From positions 1-43,437 of IMG/VR virus record IMGVR_UViG_3300024251_000016: a DNA stretch of 43,437 nucleotides. The stretch is one strand, 5' to 3'. Source of the stretch: a virus. Lineage: Duplodnaviria > Caudoviricetes. The notes under the pieces were generated by a model. It worked only from the letters and a program-made list of their open reading frames with translations. It was not told the origin of the DNA and did not search any database. The translations under genes were made by a program, and so were the position numbers. Within the stretch, counting starts at the first letter, position 1, and each line of letters starts with the position of its first letter. Of this stretch, positions 27,305-35,677 are shown in pieces.

Positions 27305-27688
27305 TTATGGGATCAGCGCGGCGCGCCAATCGAGGGTCGTCGGGTTGCCGGTGGAGTTCACGACCGGAATGAATACTCCGCTCAGGCCGGTCGTGATTTG
27401 AAAGGTCGCGTTCGCAACACCGTTCATCTTCTCACCTGTGGCGGGATAGATGTTGATCGTGACCGCGGTATCGTTGACGATGGTAACCATTTCGGTTGCC
27501 TCTCCGGTTCCGATGCTCGGAAGGATGAGGCTTCCGGTCGCCACCGATTTGGTGACCCGTGCCATCTGATTGCTGACCCGCACGGCCGTTGCCTGCGTGG
27601 CGGCCGGACCTGGCACGAGTTCCTGATTGGCCATTCCTTGATTATTGCCGCCGATGACGAACATCACGGCGAGATTTGTGACCGACAT
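27305..27688 (-). CDS. Small beta-rich structural protein
   Basis: LILP...TIVNDT...IYPATGEKMNG; resembles C-halves of 33623-34168 and 35183-35677. Confidence 0.65.
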   Translation of the reverse strand: MSVTNLAVMFVIGGNNQGMANQELVPGPAATQATAVRVSNQMARVTKSVATGSLILPSIGTGEATEMVTIVNDTAVTINIYPATGEKMNGVANATFQITTGLSGVFIPVVNSTGNPTTLDWRAALIP

Positions 27689-27709
27689 GGCGGATTCCTT
27701 CTATGGGGG

Positions 27710-27732
27710 AAAAGGGCGCGGTTCGCCGCGCC
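27710..27732 (-). terminator. Intrinsic terminator within late operon
   Basis: Minus strand GGCGCGG-CGAA-CCGCGCC then CTTTT. Confidence 0.65.
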
Positions 27733-27778
27733 AAGTCAGACCGGGGCGCTGCCGAAGCTCCCCGATCGGGAGGGTCGA

Positions 27779-28372
27779 TTAGCAGCCGGCGGCGGTCGCG
27801 CCGGAGCCGACAGCGGTGCAGGCGCCATCATTCGGGGCGATATATTCGATGATCCCCACGGCGTTGCCGGCTGTGGCGTTGGCGACCGTGTAGACAATCG
27901 TCGCATAGATATCGAAGCCGCCGAGCGTCCCGGACTGCGCAATGCCGTTGCCGGTCACCGTAGTTCCGAGGCCACCGGCCGCGACGGTCTGAGCAACCGC
28001 GTTTCCGGCGGTGAGGATCGTAGCTGCGGCCATGAGGTTGACAGCGGCGGTCGTGGTCGTGCCGAACGATACCGTTGCCGTGGTCGCCCCAGTGAACGTC
28101 GTGTAGGTCTGCGTGAATGCCCGCACGATGAACGCATTGTAGGGAACCGATCCGACCTTGAACGTGCAGGTCAGCGTGACCGGGATGCACGAGTTGAAGG
28201 TGATCGGGAACCGCAGATAGTGCGTCTGCTGCGTCGGGAATATCCGCGCCGCGAACGAGCGGGGCGCAAGCACCTGTGACAGAACAGGCATCGTGACGAG
28301 AGCCATGACGCCGAGAGCGCCAATGCCAGTGGCGAAGCCTCCGGCAATATGACGAGCGAGTTTCTTCAACAT
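27779..28372 (-). CDS. Capsid decoration-like protein with signal peptide/anchor
   Basis: Directly after MCP; MLKKLARH..GALGVMALVTMPVLS|Q; 4 Cys in two local pairs. Confidence 0.6.
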   Translation of the reverse strand: MLKKLARHIAGGFATGIGALGVMALVTMPVLSQVLAPRSFAARIFPTQQTHYLRFPITFNSCIPVTLTCTFKVGSVPYNAFIVRAFTQTYTTFTGATTATVSFGTTTTAAVNLMAAATILTAGNAVAQTVAAGGLGTTVTGNGIAQSGTLGGFDIYATIVYTVANATAGNAVGIIEYIAPNDGACTAVGSGATAAGC

Positions 28373-28576
28373 GGTTTCGATTCCTTGTTAGAGGCATCCC
28401 GTGGTCAGATCGCTGCCGCATTGAAGGGCTCGCCGAGGCCTGACATTTCTGTGAAGGGCGCTCTCGCGCTTGCTTGCCAGTGGCTTCACCTTAGCCGACA
28501 CGGGAAAGGTGATGGGGATGGGCGGCGGTAATGAAGCCCAGTTGCCGCCGCCCTACTGCGTCCGAACGCCTTCCGG

Positions 28577-29722
28577 TTAGGCGTCGGTCGCAGATGCGAA
28601 ATAACCCGTGAAGAGGCCCCAGTTCTTATAGAGGCCCGCCGGGGTGAGCTTGGCGATGGTCTTCATGCCGTAGGCCATCATGATACCGACGCCCCGGAAG
28701 AACTGATAATCGTCTTCCTTGAGGAACGTCGGGGTGGGCATACGGCCCCAGCACCACGCCATCGAGGACTGGCCGACCAGCCACACCGGAGCAATCTGGA
28801 TCGCGCCCGAGCCTGCCGTGGTGTAGAACGTCGGCAAGCGCACGTCCATTTCCGGGATTTCCCGGATGATCAGGCCGTTGTAGAGCAGATCGCCATCCTG
28901 GAACAGCGGGTTCTTGTCGAGGCCGTCGCCTTCACGGGGCCTCGCCTGCGTGTTCGCGGTGATGATCGTGGTGTCATTCTGCAAGTCTCTGAAGCAGTTC
29001 GATCCCGCGAAGACCACGAAATACTCGCGGCCGTTCTTGAGCTTGTAGGGCCGGATGCGAGGATTGGCCTTCTTGGCGAGCCGCTTCATTTTCAGCAGGC
29101 TCGCGGCCGAAAGCGTCATCGCCGCCGTTACGTTACCCGCCGCCGTGGCAAAAACGGCTGAATAGTTGCCGACTGCGCCGCCAAATAGAACGCGATCGAC
29201 GTTATCCGTGACCCAGGTGTTACGCTGAGCCGCTGTTGCAGCGTCGAAGAAAGCGCCGTTGACGCGCTGTCCATTGGCGCTCCCCAGCCCCGCCGGGGCC
29301 GTGGACGCCAAGGGAACCGCGTAGTAGGCATCGATGATTTCATCACGCTGCAGCTCCTTGCCCCAGTCCTCCAGCAGCGGCCGGGCCTGACCAAAGAGGT
29401 CGATGCTCGACTTCTGCTCTTCCGACCGGGGAATGCGAACGGCGTTTCTAGCCCAATCGATCCAGGCCCTGTCGCCATAGTTGTCGATATTTTCTTCGTT
29501 GCCGACCAGCGTTCCCGTGGCGATCGGCACGTTCTTGAGGCGCGCGATCAGGGGAATATTGATCTGCTCGCCGCCCTTCTTGAGGTCGTTGATGACCCGA
29601 ATGATTGCGGTGAGTTCCGACCCGATATAGGGAGAGAACAGGTTTTGGCGGATGTATTCGCGTGTGACTTCCTTTCGGAAGACGATGAGCTTGTTGTTTG
29701 ATTGAACGGTAGTGACTGCCAT
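28577..29722 (-). CDS. Major capsid protein (DUF4043/N4-gp56-like)
   Basis: DLKKGGEQINIPL..L...LVGNEE; NPLF..GDLLYNG; EDDY; follows scaffold. Confidence 0.88.
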   Translation of the reverse strand: MAVTTVQSNNKLIVFRKEVTREYIRQNLFSPYIGSELTAIIRVINDLKKGGEQINIPLIARLKNVPIATGTLVGNEENIDNYGDRAWIDWARNAVRIPRSEEQKSSIDLFGQARPLLEDWGKELQRDEIIDAYYAVPLASTAPAGLGSANGQRVNGAFFDAATAAQRNTWVTDNVDRVLFGGAVGNYSAVFATAAGNVTAAMTLSAASLLKMKRLAKKANPRIRPYKLKNGREYFVVFAGSNCFRDLQNDTTIITANTQARPREGDGLDKNPLFQDGDLLYNGLIIREIPEMDVRLPTFYTTAGSGAIQIAPVWLVGQSSMAWCWGRMPTPTFLKEDDYQFFRGVGIMMAYGMKTIAKLTPAGLYKNWGLFTGYFASATDA

Positions 29723-29771
29723 GACCGTAGCCTTTCAGGCTGCGGCCCGGATTTAGCGGCGTCGTCTGGGC

Positions 29772-30725
29772 CTATTTCATCGCATAGGCGAAGACCGAAT
29801 TGTCAGAGTCGTTGTAGAGTTCGGGATCGGAATTTCGCATCGATCCGCCTCCTGCGGCTCCGTTTAGACTTCTCGGTAATCGCGTGGTTGTGCGAGGACG
29901 GCCACCGTCGCCCCTCGTTGCTTCGCCGCGCATCTCCGCGAGGATTTGCCTGCGAAATTCGGGGTCCGACATGATCTCTTGCGCGACCTTCTGCTTGTAG
30001 GCGTTGGGGTCACCGCCGACTTCTCGGAGTATCTTTTGCTCGCCGTACCAGCGCATCACGGCCTTGCCCGGGTTGGGCGCGTCCCATATGCGTTGCACGG
30101 TCGATCGAGCTACAGGATCGCTCGGATTGAGCGAGGTCAATGCCTTGTATGCCGCTACGAACTCCTCGCCGTGCTCATCGTGAGCGTCGGCCAGAGCGGC
30201 ATTGACGTGGCGGGCGGTCAGGTCGCGCTCGATCTGCGCGCGCTGTTCGGCTGCCCAGCCATCCGGGTCCGAGAATAGATCAGGCTTTGCGGGTTGTTCC
30301 TGCTGAGGTTGACGGGCTTGCTGCTGCGCGACGCGAAGGGCGGCCAACTCGGCGCGGAAGTTGTCCCGCTCCTGCTCGGCGGCCCGGCGGCGCTCGGCCT
30401 CCTCACGAAGACGGCTGGAGGGTATTCGGCCGGTGCGCCCCTCGGGCTCCGGTTCCGGTTCCTCGCCTTCTTCTTCGGAAGCGTCTATTTCCCCGTCTTG
30501 TTCATCGCCTTCGTCCGGCTGGCCGTCATGGCCGAGGTCATCATCTCCTCGGTCATCGTCGCCCTCTTCGGTTTCGCCGGGAACGTCGTCCATCTCCTCA
30601 AGGGAGCGGTCGCCGTTGTTTTCGTCTTCTGCCTGCCCGGTGGCCTCGTCAAATATTTCCTGCTCCGTGCCGGCAATGGCGCCTGCGATGATTTCTTCCT
30701 CAGTTGGAACTTGCTGCGTTGCCAT
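29772..30725 (-). CDS. Scaffolding protein
   Basis: Acidic N-terminus, IPSSRLREEAERRR, PDLFSDP, LPRSL; upstream of MCP. Confidence 0.8.
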   Translation of the reverse strand: MATQQVPTEEEIIAGAIAGTEQEIFDEATGQAEDENNGDRSLEEMDDVPGETEEGDDDRGDDDLGHDGQPDEGDEQDGEIDASEEEGEEPEPEPEGRTGRIPSSRLREEAERRRAAEQERDNFRAELAALRVAQQQARQPQQEQPAKPDLFSDPDGWAAEQRAQIERDLTARHVNAALADAHDEHGEEFVAAYKALTSLNPSDPVARSTVQRIWDAPNPGKAVMRWYGEQKILREVGGDPNAYKQKVAQEIMSDPEFRRQILAEMRGEATRGDGGRPRTTTRLPRSLNGAAGGGSMRNSDPELYNDSDNSVFAYAMK

Positions 30726-30911
30726 AGTGGTAGTCCTCAGATTCTCTATTTCGCTGAGATGCGTGATCGCCCCTCGATGCCGGGCGGCGGCAACGCCTAT
30801 TTCGGCGGCGTGTCCGAGGCGGATTGCTCGACCTTCCGCAAGGTCTTGGCCTGATGTCGCTCAAGCCGGGCGATGGTACGCTTTAGGCTACTGAGCAGTT
30901 TTATTCCCGCT

Positions 30912-33626
30912 TCAATACGGATCACAATTGAAGCTGAGGACATCGGCAGCACCACTAGTTCCCTGTGCGGTGAATATCGCCGTCGTGGCGGTCGTCGATG
31001 TCTGAGGAAACAGGATCGTGGGAGCCGTCTGATCGGTCAGTCGTCCACAAGCCCATCCAGTTGGGGCATTTATCACGAACGTAAGGGTGACCGTATTGGT
31101 GGCTGCGCAGGCTCCGGAAAGCGTGACGGTTCCGGTCTTTTGATTTCCGGTCTGAGCGCCAGCAGCGGCGCACGTTCCCCCGGCCGCGGATGGCGTTGGC
31201 TTGGCTGTGATGGCGTTCGTCAGCGTGCCGACATTCTGAACGGGGAACGGCAGAATAGGAAAGCGACCGGACTTCGCTGCTGTATTAGTAAGGACGATGC
31301 TGCCTGGGCTGCCATTGGTGACAGTCGAGATCGCAGCATTCGCGCGATACGGCCAGTTCTGCGCTGTGTCATTGAAGCCGCCGGACCAGAACTTGTCTCC
31401 GGCCGATAGCACGCTCGTCATCTGCGTGCCGTTGCCATCGCCGCGACTGCAATTCGCAAGTGTGGCGGAGCCGTTGGCGAAGTCGCAGTACATGACTTGA
31501 CCGGGAATCGGCGCCGAGACATGAATGGCAAACGTGTTCCCGGCTGGCATTGTGGTGCCGAGATTGTTCGTCACGCACGCCCCTGTGGCGTCCGTCACCA
31601 TATTGTTCTGCTGTCGCAGAGTGATCGGAATGTTGGTCGGAGATGGCGACCCGACTACTTCTACATCCCAGATCGTTCCGGTCGCCTGATGGTAGAAAAT
31701 ATCTCCAAGCTTCAAATTTCCGTTCTGTGAATTTTGCTGCCCAACCGACCACTGTCCGGTCCAGGTATCGCATCCTGCCGATGCTAGGGCCGCTGTCCAT
31801 AATCCACCAGTCATGTCAAGCGTGAAGTTCCCTGGACCCCTTGTGAATGTCCATATATTGCCTTCCAGGGGATCGACGAATCCTTGAATGGCTTGCGACC
31901 ACAGAGCCCGAGACAAACTCCCGATCACCGGGTATTTGGTCCAGCTCGCGCCAGATAGAACCGTAGTCCCACCAGCCGACGACATGAACCCGGCAAATCC
32001 CTGGCTTTCCCAGATCAGACGGTTCTGGAACTCCGCGTTGGGAAACACGAATGCGCCGGCTAGATTTCCTCCGGTGTAGTTGAGCGCATTCTGACCACCC
32101 GCGCCAGCGCCACCAAACAAGGCTCCTACTGCAGTACCTCCAAGAATTCTTGTCCCGTCAATAGCAACAGTCCCACTGCCTCCGGTATAGTGAACCAATG
32201 TTTGAATGCGATAATTCCCCGTTACTACGCCCCCCTCGAAACGAACTGATCCTCCTGCTCCATTCAACATATCAATCCAAGCCGCCGGCATCTGTCCGGT
32301 AAGTGCGGTGTTGGCGTCGAAAGTTCCGTTATGAAATACCAACGACCCGCCACCAGTGAGATTTCCCAGCTTTACGATCCCTTCCATGTAAGTGTCCTGG
32401 AAGGTCAGACCATCGATCGAAAGATTGAGATCAAAGAGCTGATAGACGAAGCTGCAGGCCGGATTGGTGAGACTTCCGCCGAGTTCCCCGTTGAGGGTTC
32501 CGAACTGAGTGTTCGTAATAAGAGTGAATATGTTGGAGCAGTTGCCGTTATGAAACGTCGAGGCACGCGCCTGACTCTGACCGATGCTTGCCCCGTAAGT
32601 GGAGTTGACGCACCCCATGTTGTACCACTTGACGAAATCTCCGTTGCCGTCTCCGTTGGACATGATGTTGAGGCAACCGGCGAATCCGTCTATGAATACG
32701 TCCTGCAAGGCAACGTCGGAGGACGCTGATTGCCCGTATTGCGGGCACGATCCCCCGCATTGTGCAGAATTCACCCAGGCGGGAAAGGTCTGATTGGGGT
32801 AGTGATTGGTCTGCGCCGTTCCATGATATCCGTCCACACACACTGCGAAGTATGGGGCGAACCGAGAAATTCCTCCTGGGTTGGTTCCGGTCGGCGTGAT
32901 TACGGGATCAAGCCATCCCGCAGCAGTCGCCGGCCATGGAATATGCTGCGTCAGATCGGACAGGAAGGCGTGATTCTGTCCTCTGATCTGTATTCCGAAC
33001 AATCCGCCTTGCCGACTGCCGGCAAAATTTATTGCGCAACGATCGGTCTTAGTTGGAAGTATAGTGACTCCAGACAGTGAAGCGTAAGCCGCACGAGTAT
33101 CGTTGCACGACTTCAAAGACAGGGAATAGAAATTGATCCCTTGCCCCCATCCGATTGCAATAGTGTCTGTCGTCTTGTAAGCGCCGTCACTCAGGCAAAC
33201 AGTATTGAAATTGTTTCTCATCGCATAATCCAGAGCATTCTGGATCATTGCGGTGTTGTCGGTTCCAGTCACAGCATTGGTGAATTGATCAAACGTTCCG
33301 TCACCAACGGTTCCAAACTGACATGCCCGCACGGGGCTATTGTCGAATAATGGTTCCCAATAGATGCCCGAAGAGACATTGAGAACGGAACCATACTGGC
33401 TCGTGGGAGATGACGTTCCTTTCGTATAACTAAGCGAGCACGAACCAGACACGACCGAAGACACGTGCATGACGGTGGCATTGCTGTTGATCGTGGCCGC
33501 AGCCAGCGCAGCCGGGCTGGCAACAGTTGCCTCTAACGTTCCTTGACCGGGAAAGGTTCCCTGCGCGCACGCCTGTCCTTCCGCCAAGAGAATGGCAAGA
33601 ACTCCTAAGAGAAACCTGCCGATCAT
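30912..33626 (-). CDS. Beta-helix tailspike/depolymerase-like protein with signal peptide (904 aa)
   Basis: MIGRFLLGVLAILLAEGQACA|Q; FGTVGDG...DNTAMIQNALD..LSDGAYK pectate-lyase-3-like cap; ~20 Cys; ATGA coupling. Confidence 0.75.
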   Translation of the reverse strand: MIGRFLLGVLAILLAEGQACAQGTFPGQGTLEATVASPAALAAATINSNATVMHVSSVVSGSCSLSYTKGTSSPTSQYGSVLNVSSGIYWEPLFDNSPVRACQFGTVGDGTFDQFTNAVTGTDNTAMIQNALDYAMRNNFNTVCLSDGAYKTTDTIAIGWGQGINFYSLSLKSCNDTRAAYASLSGVTILPTKTDRCAINFAGSRQGGLFGIQIRGQNHAFLSDLTQHIPWPATAAGWLDPVITPTGTNPGGISRFAPYFAVCVDGYHGTAQTNHYPNQTFPAWVNSAQCGGSCPQYGQSASSDVALQDVFIDGFAGCLNIMSNGDGNGDFVKWYNMGCVNSTYGASIGQSQARASTFHNGNCSNIFTLITNTQFGTLNGELGGSLTNPACSFVYQLFDLNLSIDGLTFQDTYMEGIVKLGNLTGGGSLVFHNGTFDANTALTGQMPAAWIDMLNGAGGSVRFEGGVVTGNYRIQTLVHYTGGSGTVAIDGTRILGGTAVGALFGGAGAGGQNALNYTGGNLAGAFVFPNAEFQNRLIWESQGFAGFMSSAGGTTVLSGASWTKYPVIGSLSRALWSQAIQGFVDPLEGNIWTFTRGPGNFTLDMTGGLWTAALASAGCDTWTGQWSVGQQNSQNGNLKLGDIFYHQATGTIWDVEVVGSPSPTNIPITLRQQNNMVTDATGACVTNNLGTTMPAGNTFAIHVSAPIPGQVMYCDFANGSATLANCSRGDGNGTQMTSVLSAGDKFWSGGFNDTAQNWPYRANAAISTVTNGSPGSIVLTNTAAKSGRFPILPFPVQNVGTLTNAITAKPTPSAAGGTCAAAGAQTGNQKTGTVTLSGACAATNTVTLTFVINAPTGWACGRLTDQTAPTILFPQTSTTATTAIFTAQGTSGAADVLSFNCDPY

Positions 33627-34168
33627 TCTATTGCCCATCCAGTATTGGTCCCGTCGTTGAACGGAACAAGCGTCACGCTCTGCATGTTGTTGTTTATGAT
33701 ATAATTTGCTGCTCCATCGATAGTTTCCGCACCGTTCGCCGTAATAACTATCGGATGGGCAGAAGCTTGTCCGGTATCCTTGAATGTCACTGGGGCTCCC
33801 ACGCGAGTTGCGGAAGCCGGAAGGGCGCACGTGGCAGCTCCAGCAATTCTGCAATTGATGATCGAGTCGGATGGGGCTACTACAATCGGGGATGTCGTGA
33901 CAAAGCGCTGAACCCGCCCGCCTATGGCGAACAGGGACGCAAGGTCCGCAATCGACATCTTGAAGAAAGTGCTATTTACATTGTCCCATACAATCAAAAA
34001 ATCTGTAGACCAGCTCGTCGGTGGTGGTAGTTGCTGACCGAACTGCGTTACACTGAATCCGACGGTCCAAATTCCCCCCGCCTTTGAGATTGTGACAGGT
34101 CCAGACCCCTGCGTGAGAGCAGGAAACGGAAATGTCGCATTGACCCTTATTCTGGCTGGCAGGCTCAT
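33623..34168 (-). CDS. Structural adaptor-like protein, paralogue B
   Basis: MSLPARIRVNATFPFPALTQGSGPVTISKAGGIWTVGF. Confidence 0.75.
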   Translation of the reverse strand: MSLPARIRVNATFPFPALTQGSGPVTISKAGGIWTVGFSVTQFGQQLPPPTSWSTDFLIVWDNVNSTFFKMSIADLASLFAIGGRVQRFVTTSPIVVAPSDSIINCRIAGAATCALPASATRVGAPVTFKDTGQASAHPIVITANGAETIDGAANYIINNNMQSVTLVPFNDGTNTGWAIE

Positions 34169-34171
34169 CGC

Positions 34172-34951
34172 CTAATCACTCAGCCACCCCGTTCCATTGA
34201 TGCACAACAGGCGGCCTTTATTGGTGCCACCGCTTACATATGGCGCACGATAGGTGACGGTCGTTATATCGCTTGCAATGACTGTCCATCCATCGGTGCC
34301 CGCCGCGCACGCGGGAACTGCCGTTCCGGCAGCGCTATAGATGGTTCCGGGTCCGTATGCAGACGCAAGTATGCTTCCAGTCGCGTCTTGAGCCCCCTTC
34401 CCTATCTCAACTACACCGGCCGCTTGTCGATATATGCTCGTGTCTAGCGTGGTATTGGCGTTCGTCGCATTATTCGTCCACTTCAGACCATCTCCAGATA
34501 CGAGAGAGATACCAGAACCTAAAGCCATGTGTTGAGTTGCGCCCAGGAAAAATGTAAGAGCGGAACCGCCATTCGCCATTCCCAGGTTGGCAGCAATTCC
34601 GCTGTTTGGAACGAATGTCATCTGTGGGACGGTAAGACCACCACCACCAATCGATATATTGCCGAGAGACGATGATGGAGTGCTGACCGTTACATTGGCA
34701 TCGCACTGCAGAAGGGCACCATCTGAATAGGCAAATGATCCCGCCGTGGCGCAGACAAACGCCGTTGTGGCCGGAGTAATTGTACCCCCTGGATTGCAAG
34801 GCACCGCCAAGTTGGCGACGACGCACATAGTAATGAAGCCTGGGACGGTGGCTCCTCCAGCCGTCGGGAAGCTGTTCTGCGCTAGCGCAGGCACCGCTAG
34901 TGATGCAGTCAGAAGCGCCCCAAGGGCGAAATGTTGAAGAGATTTCAGCAT
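34172..34951 (-). CDS. Secreted fibre-like protein
   Basis: ..LLTASLAVPALA|QNSFPTAGG..MC....AVPC; 6 Cys. Confidence 0.7.
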   Translation of the reverse strand: MLKSLQHFALGALLTASLAVPALAQNSFPTAGGATVPGFITMCVVANLAVPCNPGGTITPATTAFVCATAGSFAYSDGALLQCDANVTVSTPSSSLGNISIGGGGLTVPQMTFVPNSGIAANLGMANGGSALTFFLGATQHMALGSGISLVSGDGLKWTNNATNANTTLDTSIYRQAAGVVEIGKGAQDATGSILASAYGPGTIYSAAGTAVPACAAGTDGWTVIASDITTVTYRAPYVSGGTNKGRLLCINGTGWLSD

Positions 34952-35181
34952 GGGACAGCCATATTTGCTACGATGCACATTCTAACGACTCCTCCCACCG
35001 TTGCCCCGCCCGCAGTCGGATAGGTATTTCTCCCGTTGCTCGTTCCCGAGCAAGGAACCGCCACGTTACCGACAATGCACATGAGCATGACTCCCTGAAC
35101 GATTTGCCCTCCCGCTGTCACAAACGAGTTCTGCGCCAGCGCGGGCGAGATCATGAGCAGGAGTGCCAGGATTGTTCTCAT
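34945..35181 (-). CDS. Small secreted protein of two TAGG..MC..AVPC repeats
   Basis: MRTILALLLMISPALA|QNSF; 4 Cys. Confidence 0.7.
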   Translation of the reverse strand: MRTILALLLMISPALAQNSFVTAGGQIVQGVMLMCIVGNVAVPCSGTSNGRNTYPTAGGATVGGVVRMCIVANMAVPC

Positions 35182-35182
35182 G

Positions 35183-35677
35183 TCAGTTCGCCGCCATGAT
35201 TGACCAGTTGACACCGTTCGATTGCAGTCGCGCCCATTTGCCCTGCGTGGCCGGGAAGATCGCCGTTCCCGCAGCGCCTCCGGTGATCGGCACTACGTTT
35301 GCTGTGGCGCTCGCGACCGTCTGGTTGGCGATCAGCTTGAGATCGAGCCACTGCCCCGGAACTAGCGTCGGGTCGGGCAACGTCACCGTGAACCCACCGC
35401 TCGGATTGAAGATGACAGAGCTTTGCGAGGCCGACACCGTTCCCGATGTTCCCGTAAGCGTGACCGGCGATAGCGTGCTGATCGTGTTGGTGGCGACGAA
35501 CGATGTCGTGATCCCGGCATTGAAAATCTGCAATGCCGTCCAGGACAATGACAGGCTGGTCCCGAATCCAATCGTCCAGATGCCGGATGCCTTCGCGACC
35601 GTGACCGGGCCGTTGCCCTGCACAAGCGCCGGGAATGGGAAGGCTGCATTGACCCGGATGTCGGCCGGAAACGTCAT
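35183..35677 (-). CDS. Structural adaptor-like protein, paralogue A
   Basis: MTFPADIRVNAAFPFPALVQGNGPVTVAKASGIWTIGF; coupled to portal stop. Confidence 0.75.
   Translation of the reverse strand: MTFPADIRVNAAFPFPALVQGNGPVTVAKASGIWTIGFGTSLSLSWTALQIFNAGITTSFVATNTISTLSPVTLTGTSGTVSASQSSVIFNPSGGFTVTLPDPTLVPGQWLDLKLIANQTVASATANVVPITGGAAGTAIFPATQGKWARLQSNGVNWSIMAAN

Noticed and set aside
33627-33854. Upstream 76-aa extension of the spike ORF (980-aa call)
   Set aside because: It lies within the upstream gene; ATGA coupling and the signal peptide support the start at 33626
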